The notes under the pieces: generated by a model | What the model saw: only the letters and a program-made list of their open reading frames with translations | Database searches by the model: none | Told to the model about the DNA's origin: nothing | Assembly: GCA_951406725.2 (NCBI GenBank) | Contig: OX597831.1 | Span: 75,640,001-75,704,000 of the forward strand | Length of the DNA: 64,000 nucleotides | Reading direction: 5' to 3' | DNA from: Octopus vulgaris | Lineage: Eukaryota | Translations under genes and position numbers: made by a program | Part shown: positions 35,605-48,851 of the stretch, piece after piece | Layout of the letters: each line of letters starts with the position of its first letter | Numbering within the stretch: position 1 is the stretch's first letter

Positions 35605-37605
35605 CGTTTGTGTGTGTGTGTGTGTTTGTCCCCCCACCATCACATAACAACCGATGCTGGTGTGTTCACATCCCCGTAACTTAGTGGTTCGGCAAAAAGA
35701 GACCGATAGAATAAGTACTAGGCTTACAAAGAATAGGTCCTGGGGTTCGATTTGTTCAACTAAAGGCAGTCTCCAGCATGGCCAGTCAAATTGACTGAAA
35801 CAAATGAAAGAATCTAACTGATGCCAGCAAGGAAAAATGGACTTAAAATGGATGAATGAGTGAGCAAATGGTTAGGAAGCTTGCTTTTCAAGCACATAGT
35901 TGAAGGCTCAGCCTGCTATAAGCTTTGGGTCCGAGCAAAGCCTTGTGAATGGATGGGAGGGTGGGGCATTTGTGTGTGTGTGTGTGTGTGTGAAAGTGTT
36001 TGTATTTCTTTTAATAGATGAGTGGGAAAACACTCACACACACAAAATTACAGATCATTACACATGGTTTCCTCATTTGGCTTTTAATCTCCATTTTACT
36101 TTTAGTCTGTTGTGTCTGGTCTTTGGGGGTTGATTCAAGTAGCAAATTGTGGAAAGATAGGGTCTTGACTTAAATACGGGGGCTGCAAAATGATAAGGTC
36201 AACTCTTCCCTAAGGTCAAGCTAATCTGCCTCAGTTTGCAGTAATTAGTATTCCAAGAGACTCTTGTGACGGGAGCACGAATGGTTGGAGATGGAGGGGT
36301 GGGTGAGCGGAGGTCTTGGGAATCGGCCCAGCTGTTGGGAACAACACTGTTTCTCTCTCTCTCTCTCTCTTTGCTCTGTCCCCTTCTTTTGCTTTTCTTT
36401 GTCTGTCATCCTTTCCTCTTCTCTTCCCTCTTCTTTCTCTCCCTCTCTCTTTGATAGAGAGAATCACTTGAAGTAGACTTTACATTGTTTACATCTTTGC
36501 AATTTCTGACATGTGACTGATGTGTGTCTCTCTCTCTCTCTCTTTCTCCCTTTCTGTGTGTGTGTATATATATGTGTGTATGTATGTATAATATAATACA
36601 CACTCGTCCAAACACTCAGATGCACTAATTCGAGGGCATGCATATTCAATTAACATAAAACGTTTTAAACCAACAAAAGACCCTCTACATGGTTGTTTGA
36701 CATGCTAGAAATAACAGCCAAATCTCCTTCAAACCATGTTAACAAGGGGCAGTTGGATAATGTGGTCCTAGGTTCCCTGCATGTTGGAAAATGGCAGGAT
36801 GGTCACAATTGGAAGGCTTTTGATCATAGGTCTCCTCAATGATTTAGTAAAATTGATTTAATTCCTTTGGCATGATGATGATGATGTTTACCATTTCTCT
36901 TTGGTGAACCACCTTTGATACCCATCTGCCTGGGACCACCCTGGGTTCTGTGATAAAAAACTGTTTTAAAGTGATCCAAAAAAACCCACCATCAAAATTT
37001 CATGTCAGTTTATGTCCCAAACACTTCCTCATCATCATCATCATCATCATTTAACGTCTGCTTTCCATGCTAGTATGGGTTGGATGATTTTGGCTAAGGG
37101 CTGGCGAACCAGATGGCTGCACCAGGCTCCAATCTTGATCTGGCAGAGTTTCTACAGCTGGATGCTCTTCCTAACGCCAACCACTCCGAGAGTGTAGTGC
37201 GTGCTTTTTATGTGCCACCGGCACAGGTGCCAGTGAGGCGGTACTGGCAATGACCTCCCTCGAATCTTTTTACACATGCCACCGGCACAGGTGCCAGTAA
37301 GGCGATGTTGGTAACGATTACGCTCGAATGGTGCCCTTTTACATGCCACAGCACAGGGGGGCCATGCTAGCATGGGTTGGACGGTTCAACTGGGGGTCTG
37401 GGAAGCCCGAAGGCTGCACCAGGCCAGTTAGATCTAGCAGTGTTTCTACAGCTGGATGCCCTTCCTAACACCATTTGTGTTCTGTATTTATACTTTTTTG
37501 GCCTGACTTTCTAAATTCTTCAGGTTTTACCATTTTAACACACACATGCTTCAATGTTTTTCAGACTGTTTCTAATTCCTTGTTTTCGCTCTTTTCTACT
37601 TGCAG

Positions 37606-37642
37606 ACATGCTGACCATTCTGAAGTGCTGTATGTTTTATAG
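37606..37642 (+). CDS. LAS1L: Probable LAS1L terminal coding exon (HADHSEVLYVL*)
   Basis: Strong acceptor cttttctacttgcag; phase 2 fits the 33033 donor; TAG at 37640-37642; ATTAAA at 37675. Confidence 0.6.
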
Positions 37643-37674
37643 AGAAAAGCTCTTCGCTTTTAAAATTCAGTCTC

Positions 37675-37680
37675 ATTAAA
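37675..37680 (+). promoter_or_regulatory. Candidate polyadenylation signal ATTAAA
   Basis: About 32 nt after the predicted stop, followed by T/GT-rich sequence. Confidence 0.4.
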
Positions 37681-37854
37681 CTTTCTTTACTAGTTTGATA
37701 TTGTGTCTGTCTGTCTGTCTGTCTCTCTTTTTTCAATTTTTCTCTTTTTGGTGGGAAATATTCATTTCAAATTTTGGCACAAGGCCTGCAATTTAAGGGG
37801 ACAGGCTAAGTTGATTACATTGACCCCAGTATTCAACTGGTAGTTATTTTATTG

Positions 37855-38087
37855 TAAGGTGGCGAACTGGCAGAAACGTTAGCACGCCGGGTGAAATGCT
37901 TACCGGTATTTCGTCTGCGTTACGTTCTGAGTTCAAATTCCGCCGAGGTCGACTTTGCCTTTCATCCTTTCAGGGTCGATAAATTAAGTACCAGTTACGC
38001 ACTGGGGTCGATGTAATCGACTTAATACCTATGTCTGTCCTTGTTTGTTCCCTCTATGTTTAGCCCCTTGTGGGTAATAAAGAAATA
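37855..38087 (+). mobile_element. SINE family B inserted into an older opposite-strand copy (about 37775-38220)
   Basis: 16-bp target duplication GGTAGTTATTTTATTG at 37839-37854 and 38088-38103. Confidence 0.9.
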
Positions 38088-38357
38088 GGTAGTTATTTTA
38101 TTGACCCTGAAGGGATGAAAGGTAAAGTCGACCTTGGTAGAATTTGAACTCAGAACATGAGGACTGACGAAATGCTGTGAAGCATTTTGCCCAACACTGT
38201 ATCAGTTCTGCCAGCTCACTGTTGATGGTGGGAATTAGTTGTTTTAAAGTAACCTTTTTTATCTTTTAGTTAGGAGGGAAAGCAGTAGCCATGATCCTTT
38301 ACAGGGTCTCTCAGTCTGGCTGGCATGCATGAATGCTACACTTCATATATTTCTAGA

Positions 38358-39014
38358 CAGGGCTGGATTAAGGCCCTAATCACTTAAAAAAATTTTGGTG
38401 CCCCCACAAAAGATTATGTAATTCAAAATATAAAATAATAACAAAGCATAAAATAAATTTTTATTTTTCAAAACGAAACCAAACTAGTGAGTGGATTTGG
38501 TAGACGGAAACTGAAAGAAGCCCGTCGTATATATGTATATATATATGTGTGTGTGTTTGTGTGTGTGTTTGTCCCCCTAGCATTGATTGACAACCGACGC
38601 TGGTGTGTTTATGTCCCTGTTACTTAGCGGTTCAGCAAAAGAGACTGATAGAATAAGTACTGGGCTTACAAAAGAATAAGTCCCGGGGTCGAGTTGCTCG
38701 ATTTAAGGCGGTGCTCCAGCATGGCCGCAGTCAAATGACTGAAACAAGTAAAAGAGAGTTATATTTATATTTGAAAAGTTTCCTCCTACTCTTTTGAATT
38801 GCAAAGTCTTTGATTAGATCCTTATGATTAATCTTAGGTAACACATCTGCATCTATACTTAATAGAGATAGAGGCATCCTGGATATTATCTTAGCAAGTT
38901 TAAAGTGATTTCTTTTGTGCTGTGAACCATTTACCATTTCTGTGGTGCCCCTCCCTCCTTCCCTTGATGCTCTAAGCACGTTGCTTATTTTGCTTAATGG
39001 TTAATCCTGCACTG
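38358..39014 (-). mobile_element. Non-autonomous hAT element with a SINE A fragment inside (38487-38758)
   Basis: TIRs CAGGGCTGGATTAA / TTAATCCTGCACTG; imperfect 8-bp TSD TTTCTAGA/CTTCCAGA. Retains a hAT dimerisation-end peptide LSLLSID...DLIKDFAIQKSRR. Confidence 0.75.
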
Positions 39015-39360
39015 CTTCCAGACTCTGATGGTGAGTTTAGTTGCTACAGGTGCTGTGTTACAGGTTTGTGTATTATTCTCAATATTTAGAGATACGTATG
39101 AGTGGATTGACTTTCCTTGAACCCCTGAGCCATGGCAGTTGACTGGTTGAAAGAGGGGTCACTGAATGCAGTGGGAAGGTGGATGAAGGCTATGAGGGAG
39201 GAAGAGGGGTGGTGTGGAGGTGAGATGGGTATTAAGACATTCAACTGATTTTGGTTGTTGGTTGGTTTGTATTAATGCAAAAGGGACTTTTCAGTCATGT
39301 GTATACATTTATATACACAAGCTGTAAGTATTGAAGTTAAATGCATTCATTAACAAATTA

Positions 39361-39755
39361 GGCGCACGAGTGGCTGTGTGGTAAGTAGCTTGCTTACCAA
39401 CCACATGGTTCCGGGTTCAGTCCCACTGCGTGGCACCTTCGGCAAGTGTCTTCTACTATAGCCCCGGGCCGACCAATGCCTTGTGAGTGGATTTGGTAGA
39501 CGGAAACTGAAAGAAGCCCGTCGTATATATGTATATATATATATGTGTGTGCGTGTATGTTTGTGTGTCTGTGTTTGTCCCCCTAGCATTGCTTGACAAC
39601 CGATGCTGGTGTGTTTACGTCCCCGTTACTTAGCGGTTCTGCAAAAGAGACCGATAGAAGAAGTACTGGCTTACAAAGAATAAGTCCCGGGGTCGATTTG
39701 CTCGACTAAAGGCGGTGCTCCAGCATGGCCGCAGTCAAATGACTGAAACAAGTAA
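39361..39755 (+). mobile_element. SINE family A, full length
   Basis: Near-identical to 12954-13345. Confidence 0.9.
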
Positions 39756-40177
39756 ATTGACTCAATCCCTGGATATCTGGAAGTTTTGCAGATATGAAAT
39801 TGTGCCCATCTCAGATGCCTTGTGTTAAAGTGGGCCAGAAATCTGATTCTAAAGAAAAAAATTGTTGGTGATCTCCATTGGTTAAATCATATTGCATGTT
39901 GGAATTGATGGCAACCACAGATGTCCTTGTTAGTTTTTTTTTTTCTTTTTTGTTCCATATGGTAGAAAGAACAGTCCTGTGGTGCCAGTCAGGTCTGTGG
40001 AACTTGACAGGCAACATTGAATCTGATGTGTTTGCAACGTCAAATAGAACCGAGTGTTTATTGCATCATGTTTTCTTGATGTTGTCTCAGGAATAAATAG
40101 TGTTTAATGTTTTGGACTGGATGCCACTGGCGGTAATAATCTTGTTATGAGCAAGGATTGTCTATCCTGTATACTCT

Positions 40178-40374
40178 ATACTCTTTTACTTGTTTCAGTC
40201 ATTTGACTGCGGCCATGCTGGAGTACCACCTTTAATCGAGCAACTCGACCCTGGGACTTATTCTTTGTAAGCCCAGTACTTATTCTGTCGGGCTCTTTTG
40301 CCGAACCACTAAGTGATGGGGACATAAACACCAGCATCGGTTGTCAAGCAATACTAGGGGGACAAACACACACG

Positions 40375-40406
<32 letters not shown>

Positions 40407-40570
40407 CGACGGGCTTCTTTCAGTTTCCGTCTACCAAATCCACTCACAAGGCTTTGGTCGGCCCGAGGCTATAGTAGAAGACACTTGCCCAAGGTGCCAC
40501 GCAGTGGGACTGAACCCGGAACCATGTGGCTGGTAAGCAAGCTACTTACCACACAGCCACTCCTGCGCCT
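40178..40570 (-). mobile_element. SINE family A, full length
   Basis: Inverted relative to the 39361 copy, about 420 bp away. Confidence 0.9.
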
Positions 40571-40789
40571 GTGCACATTAACTGAAGTTCAACAAGGCAT
40601 TTCTTTGATGGCAACAATACAAAGGGTCAGTTGTCTTGTCGATGGATATATAAGGCCGTAGCAGTAAATTCAGTTCTTCACGAAGGCAGGGTTATCAAGT
40701 TTAATGCCAGGGGATTATTGTGAAGCTCTGTTACCAAGGATACTCCCTTTTGATGTTGGATAAGTCTAATTGCTTTTGTTTTTGGTTTC

Positions 40790-41110
40790 AGAGTGGTACT
40801 CAACCGGGGTCTATATGGCTCCTGGGGTTCCAGACAACAAAATAGTAAATTGGGGATCCACAGGAGTATTTTAAGGACCCTTAAAAAAATTTTGCATTAG
40901 ATGTATGTATATATATGTGTTGCAAGAAACAGCTAGGTTCCTTTCTCAAACACTTTACTTAGTTCAACCTACACAAGTTAATGTGTAAAAGCATCAATAA
41001 ATAAACATTCTATAAAACTAGTTTTTAAACATCGACTGGGTATTAGGGTCAACCAGAATAAAATAGCAATCAAGGGGGTCCATAGATAGAAAATAGTTGA
41101 GAACTCTTGC
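40790..41110. mobile_element. Degenerate hAT-type MITE (related copy about 41598-41822)
   Basis: GTGGTACTCAAC / GTTGAGAACTC ends and shared GGACCCC subterminal motifs. Confidence 0.5.
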
Positions 41111-41989
41111 TCTAGATGAAGAGAGACGTGAAGTTTTACCTGGCCCAGCATCTGAAGGAATGCCTGTGCTACACAGATCTTTCTTTGAAGTCGTTGGTTG
41201 TTAGGCTCGCATAGTTTTTTTAGGGATACCATCGAGTGGCTCTATGGACCATAATTTTTCAGAAACAGGTTTATCCTAGTGGAGAGTTAGTAGGATTTTA
41301 GCAGTTACAGAATTGGTGAATGAAGTGGGGATCCCATCTAATTCTTTCAACGAATTACTCTCTTGCTGAAATTATCCATACAATACCATGAATTTCACAT
41401 TCCGCCCTCAGACATGTTGAGCTGTATACACCCGCCACACACACACTCAGACGAACCTTCAATTGGAAATTAGCTGTGTGTAACCAATACAGAGTCCTCT
41501 TTGTCCCAACATGGCGCAAGCAAATGTCAGAGACAAGTATAAAATAGGGATAGATTTACGTTGCTCAAACGACATAGATTTTGATGCAAACAATAAATGT
41601 GGTTCTTAAGCTTTCTTTCCTATGGACCCCTCTGATAACTATTTTACTAGGGGCAGGGGTACACTTATAGCCATTCGATGTTTAAGAATTCCTATAATTA
41701 AATATTATTAGAAATTGTCCCCAAAATGTTTAGATATTATGTATAGTGTAGACATATAACCAGATTATTGCACATAAATTTTAAGAGAAAAGCCTTCTGC
41801 GGACCCCAGTTGAGAATCCCTGTATTAAATGTTGAAGTGAAGTTAACGGTCCTATATATACATCAGAGAGGTCATGTGCCTTCAGCCATTTGAATGTGAC
41901 GAGTCGCCTCTACTGCTGAGCGCTTTATAGGTGCGAAACCGGTGGTCACTCTAGAATAGGCCAAGACTTTTCTCTTCCTCGTATTCTTT

Positions 41990-42370
41990 CACAGGTTTCA
42001 GTCATCTGACTGGCACCATACTGGAGCACTGCCTTAAAAGGTCTTTTAGTCGAAGAAATAGACCCCAGGACTTATTCTTTGAAAGCCTAGTACTTATTCT
42101 ATCGGTGTCTTTTGCCGAACCGCTAAGTTACGGGGATGTAAACACCAACATCGGTTGTCAAGCGATGGTGGGTCGGGGGACAAATATAGACACACACATA
42201 TATATGCAACGGGCTTCTCTCAGTTTCCGTCTACCAAATCTACTCACAAGGCTTTGGTCGGCCCGAGGCTATAGTAGAAGACACTTGCCCAAGGTGCCGC
42301 GCAGCGGAACTGAACCCGGAACCATGTGGTTGGGAAGCAATCTTCTTACCACACAGCTACACCTGTGCCT
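41990..42370 (-). mobile_element. SINE family A
   Basis: Similarity to SINE A over its full length. Confidence 0.85.
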
Positions 42371-43364
42371 ATGTATATATTACTAAAAGAATTGTGTTTT
42401 AGTCTATTTTCTAACAGAATCTATTTTTAGAAAATTTAGGATTAGCTTTTACTAAATTGATTCTGGCAAGATTGCTCGTGTGAATATATGTGTGTGAGGG
42501 AGAGAGAATCTGACCGCTAGGTTTTTTAGCATGGTGGTGAGAGAGATGCTGTGTGGTTAGGGTGTTGGTCTCACGGGCCACATCAATCTAAACGTAGGGA
42601 CTGGACGGTTGTTAAGACGATCTCTTGCCACGTGGTTAAAGGACAGCATTCTCCAAACTGGATCCCGACCCTTCAGTGGGTCACGAGATAAATAAAATGG
42701 GTCGCGACAAAAAAGGAGGAAAGAAGAAAACAAAAACGCAAGTGGGTGCAAAAGGCAGACTATCCAAAAGACATCCAAAGTGCTGCGCAACAGGAACGAT
42801 CGTGGCACCGTTTGGTTGCGAAGCGAACGTCTTGACCACACAGCTATCGCTACCCCTAAAAAGTCATTGATCACAGGACTGCTGGACGGGATCTGATTTG
42901 GGGCTAAGAAGCAACCATTACCTCCAATCGTTTATAAACTACAGTCTGGAGAAGTATAATGTTGTTTAACTCCAGATCAACACTAACCAATCCAGCCGTG
43001 TCCATCCCGTATTTTTTCTATTGCCCAGGGAATTTGGAGCTACATAATTCAGAGTCCTTTTCAAAGATGGTTGGGTGTCAGGGGTTTAAGGGAGATTTGG
43101 TTGCTATTTCTTGTAGGTCGAGTGACCTCGTGGAAGTTTTTACTTGCAAGACAGCAATAATGGTAATAGTAGTGGTAGTAGTAGTAGTAGTAGTAGTAGT
43201 AGTAATAATATCATCATCATCATCATCTAACGTCCGCTTTCCATTCTGGTATGGCTTGGATGGTTTGACAGGAACTTATCAGCTGTCCAGGTTCCATTTA
43301 TCTATTTTGGCATAGTTTCTACGGCCGGATGCCTTTCCTAACGCCAACCACTTCATGGAGTGTA

Positions 43365-44550
43365 CTGGGCTGGAATCATAAACTGGCAAAAGAAAGAACT
43401 GAAGACTATGGATACGAAGATAAGAAAAATATTGACAAAGCTCGGAGCCTTCAAACCTAAGAGTGACACTGATAGGCTGTACTTGTCCACGCGAAAGTGT
43501 GGGAGATGTTTGACCAGTAGCAAAGATTGTATCGAAGCAGAAGAAAACATCTTAGGGGGTGGGAGTATGTAAAAAATAACGTGTAACCATTTTTGAAACA
43601 TGTGAAGAGGTCCGGCGTCAGCAAAATTGATAATTGTGTAAAGAAAGAAAAGCTGAAAGAGGAAAAGAACACACAGAAAAAAAAAAAAGAAAGAAACAGC
43701 ATGGAAGGAGAAAAAAATAATGTACGGTCAGTTTGCAAGAGATATGAACGCCAAGTCAGATACAGAAGACCGGTGGCTGTGGATGAGAAAGAGTGACCTA
43801 AAGATAGAGACAAGCACTTATATGCGCAGCACAAGATCAAGCGTTAAGGACCAACTATGTGAAGAGCAGAATCGATTACACTACCTAGAGCGACAAATGC
43901 AGAATGTGTGGTGAGAAGAGTGAAATGGTATGGCACATCGTTAGCGAATGTACGAAATCGGAACAACGCGAATATAGAAGACGCTATGACAGTGTGGCAA
44001 GAATGATCCATTGGGAGCTCTGTAGAAATCACGGCCTACAAAGAGCAAAGACATGGTATGAGAAAACTCTGGAAGGAGACACCGAAAACGAGAACTGCAG
44101 AATCCTGTGGGATGAAATGATCCAGTGCGATCACCTGACCAGACATCAGAAACCGGACATTGTTGTGGAGAATAAAAAAGAAAGAGCTTGCATGATAATC
44201 GACATAGTATGCCCCGGTGACCACCAGATGAAAGAGAAAGAAGGAAAAATAAACAACTACGCCAATTTAAAGTGGGAAATACGAAAGTTGTGGTTAATGA
44301 AGAGAGTAGACGTGATACCAGTTGTAATTGGCGCAGTTGGAAGTATCAGCACTTAACTACCAACATGGCTGAGAAAGATCGGTGCAAGTGTGAAGGTAGA
44401 ACACCTACAAGAATCAGTATTGATTAGAACTGCAAGAATTCTTCGCAGGATTCTTCAAGCATTACCAGTAAACAAGTGTCACCTTAGTCTGCTGGCTGTG
44501 GACAGCTGACACTTTCCATCATACCCAGTAAAACAAGCTGTGAGTTTTCA
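43365..44550 (+). mobile_element. 5'-truncated, frameshifted R4/Dong-like non-LTR element with restriction-like endonuclease
   Basis: DRLYLSTRKCGR, CRMCGEKSEMVWHIVSEC zinc knuckle, RYDSVARMIHW, KPDIVV...IIDI, IPVVIGAVG; ends at (CAA)n(TAA)n. Confidence 0.85.
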
Positions 44551-45199
44551 TACAACAACAACAACAGCAACAACAACAACAACAATAATAATAATAATAA
44601 TAATAATAATGATAAATGCCCTGATGCAGTACCAAGCAGTGGCTCTCATGGCTTCTGATCTTAACTGATTGGAAGTGTCATCATGTACATTGTTTTGTCT
44701 TGGCATAAAAGATGGGCTACAGCAAATATTCTGCTCAATACCACAGATTTGCTTGTCAGTTGTTTGACCGTAACCAGTTGAGCATGTCCCTTGGTGGCTG
44801 ACAGTATGTGCATCTCTGATCACGAGCAGAAGTAGTGGGGGAGCATCATAGCCATGTGTTGAGAGGGATTCTTTGGGGTTTAAATAATTCACCTCTGGGA
44901 ACATGGGTGTTTAGTTCAACATCCTTAAACAATCCTTATTCAGGGACCTTTTGAGCGAGATGGGTTACTCAACCAGAAGAAAATTCTAACTGGGCCCCAC
45001 CTGCAAGGTCATGTGTTGTTTATCTTGATATGAGATCACCATGTCGCGCACATATCAGACGGGTAGTCATGATGTGTATACTGGGCTTCGTATATTTTAC
45101 CCCAGTGTCGCTTTGATGGCATGCACTGTTCTCTCACTCAATAATAATAATAATAATAATAATAATGATGATGATGATAAACCACATGTAACATGAAGA

Positions 45200-45570
45200 A
45201 ACTATCACGCCACCCCCTAAACATGAGCAACACTCTGCTAGAATCTTCGCAGTGACTGTAAATGCTGGCCGTCACTATAAGCAAGGATCTGTTTTGGCGA
45301 AAGCACATCCATAACATTCTAGCAAGGACCACATCCCCAAAACTGGTCCTTCCCTTCAGGGTCAGAAATATTCCAGACCCGAAGAGCTACAAACACTCTG
45401 TTAGGCTTAATGGAGTGCTGCTCCCATATCTAAGATGGTACTGCTGTTTTGCAGACTGACACCCTGGATCATATCTGGGAAAGGCCACCAGTCTGGATGG
45501 CGTTCGATCACTAGCGGACACGGACACACTCCGACTTTTGACCTTTGCTACGGATACTGTTATGACCGGC
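45200..45570 (+). pseudogene. Old CR1/Jockey-type RT remnant
   Basis: LAVTISKDLFWRKHI and MECCSHI* resemble the LG(V/I)TI..DL.W..HI and EYCS.IW motifs. Confidence 0.55.
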
Positions 45571-45572
45571 AG

Positions 45573-45608
<36 letters not shown>

Positions 45609-45641
45609 CATCAATCAATCAATCAATCAATCAATCCATCC

Positions 45642-45696
<55 letters not shown>

Positions 45697-45800
45697 CATC
45701 CATCCATCCGTCCGTCCGTCCGTCCGTCCGTCTGTCTGTCTGTCTGTCTGTCCTGTCCTGTCCTGTCCTGTCCTGTCCTGTCCTGTCCTGTCCTGTCCGT
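45573..45800. repeat. Compound microsatellite AATC-CATC-CGTC-TGTC-CTGTC
   Basis: Directly visible. Confidence 0.95.
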
Positions 45801-45907
45801 CCACTAATTCCTGGGGTGGGGGTCGCGGCCCCTCCTCTGTGGCTTTCTATCAAAAGCAACCGTCATGAGATTTTCTGGCTGCATTCCCAAGCGTCACCGA
45901 TTGAGAT

Positions 45908-46301
45908 TCTCTTTACTCTTTTACTTGTTTCAGTCATTTGACTGCGGCCATGCTGGAGCACCGCCTTTAGTCGAGCAAATTGACCCCGGGACTTATTCTT
46001 TGTAAGCCCAGTACTCTTTTGCCGAACCTCTAAGTGACGGGGACGTAAACACACCAGCATCGGTTATCAAGCAATGCTAGGGGGACAAACACAGACACAC
46101 AAACATATACACACTCATACATATATATATATATATATACATATATACGACAGGCTTCTTTCAGTTTCCGTCTACCAAATCCACACACAAGGTATTGGTC
46201 GGCCCGAGGCTATAGCAGAAGACACTTGCCCAAGATGCCATGCCGTGGGACTGAACCCGGAACCATGTGGTTGGTAAGCAAGCTACTTACCACACAGCCA
46301 C
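45908..46301 (-). mobile_element. SINE family A
   Basis: High identity to the other copies. Confidence 0.9.
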
Positions 46302-46734
46302 TATATATATGCACACAGACACACACATATACACACGTAAATGTACACATGTATACGCATGCAAACACATACGTACATAGATTGAACCGCACACACACAC
46401 ACACAAGGTAATAAATATACACATATAAACATATACGCACATTTACATACATATATATATATACACTCATACATACACACGCATGCATAACACAAAAGTA
46501 TATCCCCCCATATACACAAGCACACACATACATACGTACAATGGTATATCTACACACACACGCGTGCGCACACACACACAGACACACATACAAACACACG
46601 TGAATACGCACACACATTTTCATAACCCTTCCCCCCTCAAACCGGGTGGATGGTTTAAATAGGGGTCTTTTATAAATACGGGTAGCATTCACCTGAATTT
46701 TTGTTAGACATGTTAGTCGTAGCAGTGGTGGATG

Positions 46735-47245
46735 TGCTGGTGGTGGTTGTTAGTGGTGGTGATTGTGGTGGTTGGTGGTGATGGTGGTAGTAATGCTGTT
46801 GTTGGTGACTGCTATAGCAGTACAGTGTGGTGGTGGTGGTGATGGTGGTAGTGGTAATTGTGGTGGTGGTGGTGATAATGGTAGTGATGGTCGTGATGGT
46901 GGTGGTAGTGGTGGTGATGGTGGTAGTGATGGTGGTGGTGAGGGTGGTGGTGGTGGTGGTGGTGGTGGTGGTAGTGATGGTGATGGTGGTGGTAGTGGTA
47001 ATTGTGGTGGTGGTGGTGGTGGTGGTGGTGATAATGGTGGTGATGGTGGTGATAGTGATGGTGGTAGTGATGGTGGTGGTGGTGATGGTGGTAGTGATGG
47101 TGGTAGTGGTAATTGTGATGGTGGTGGTGATAGTGGTGGTAGTGATGGTCGTGATGGTGGTGGTCAGGGTAGTGGTGGAGATGGTGGTGGTAGTGATGGC
47201 GATATGATGGAGATGATGGCGGTGATGGTGGCGGTGGTGGTGGTG
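46735..47245. repeat. Degenerate (GGT/GAT)n tract
   Basis: Directly visible; source of the poly-G/H/V ORFs. Confidence 0.95.
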
Positions 47246-48106
47246 CTATCTTAAAACATGGGCGCACTGGTTAGTTTCTCAGGGGCCCAGTTGGGTTCTA
47301 TGTTTTGCTGTCAATAAATACACACTACAGGGCCCAGCGCATTGATTGTCCCTGGGGTTTATAATACTGTAAGGACAGCCCTGTGTGGTAGTGGTGGAGG
47401 TCGTGTGATGGTGGTGTAGTAGTTGCTGTTATAGTGGTGGAGGTGATGAGGTTGCTGCGATAGTATCGGCAGAAGTACTGGTGGTGTTTGTGTTACTGTG
47501 AAGGCAGTGATGTTGTTGTTGCTGTTAAAGTGTCTCAGTTTATGGACAACGCAGATGAAACGAAGCAACAACCAGGCCTCTACGTGGTCCCTCGACATCC
47601 TAGAAATAGTAGCCAAATCTCTCTCAAATCACTTACAAACCTCATAAAGCGAGAGGGACACAAAATATCAAGTTGTTTTGTATGGACGTTGCTTGAACAA
47701 ACAGACGGGATGGTCACGGCTTGAATATCTTTGATCATAGTTTCTGCCTAATCAAGACTGACTTGGGGCTAAACAACAACAATAATGATGAACAGTGCTT
47801 CCCAAAGAGGGTGGAAACGCCCCCCCCCCCCCCCCACTGTCACTAGTTCCTGGGACGAAGGCGCAGAAGATTGGGGGTACAATGGACATGTCTATCTAAC
47901 TTTTTAGCCCTTGGCTCATACTTGTGAACGTTCGAAAATATTGGCACAAGGCCATCAATTTCGGGTGGGGGGGACCAGTCAATTGCATCGACCCCAATAC
48001 ACAACTGGTACTTAATTTATCGAACTCGAAAGGATGAAAGGCAAAGTCGACCTCGGCGGAAAAAAACTTTTATTATCCAGGCCAAGGAGAAAAGGTATCT
48101 CCCACC

Positions 48107-48207
48107 CAGGGTCGGCCCTTTGGTCATTGTTACACCCTTCTTGGAGCCCCCTAGCACATGGCGCTCCGGGCGACTGCTCGAGTTGCTGGTACCTTGAGCC
48201 GGCTCTG
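48107..48207. mobile_element. 101-bp hAT-type MITE
   Basis: CAGGGTCGGC / GCCGGCTCTG ends; TSD CTCCCACC/CTTCCACC (7 of 8). Confidence 0.65.
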
Positions 48208-48851
48208 CTTCCACCCTAAAACAGACTTGCTAGTTCGTCTTCATCGATGACTGGAATCTCCCCGTGGTTGTGCTTACCCTTATCTATCCCTAATTCTCTT
48301 TATATATTGCAAAAGTGGAACTTGTAGAAACTTCGTAGCCCGGCTGATGGAAGGACGGTGAGGGCCTGATGTTTTAGATGCTGAGCCTTCAATCTTGGAC
48401 GTCAGCTCCGTCAAGAGATGACCTCTGCAAAAATGTCTCTCCCTGGACGGTGGTCATCACATCGGATCACCGTCCAGGAAAATCTTCAGGTGGAAGAACC
48501 TCAATGTTTGTCCACTCATCAAGAGCCTCGGTATGCCGAGCTCTTCTTCCAGGGAACACTGGTCACAGATGAACCGCTTGACCAGTGAAACGAGCCCCTC
48601 CCACCGGAAGCTGAAATGTTGACTCTAATCTAGCCGAACGGGGACTGAGGTGAAGCATGACGAAGAGCAACGCGGTGACAAAGCCACAGTTCGGTCTTTG
48701 ACAGTATTTTATTTTATTGAACCTGGATGGGTAAAAGACAAAGTTGACCTCGGCAGGAATTGAACTTAGCGTGTAAAGAGTCGGAAGAAATACAGTGGAG
48801 CATTTTTGTGTTACAAAGGGTTTTTTTATAAAGGTTTTAAGCAATTTAGAA

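Noticed and set aside
39760-41400. Possible minus-strand ancient LINE RT remnant between SINEs
   Set aside because: Only faint motif echoes; not supportable by eye.
48300-48690. GC-richer segment with an SDHRP peptide
   Set aside because: No other endonuclease motifs or convincing splice sites; left unassigned.
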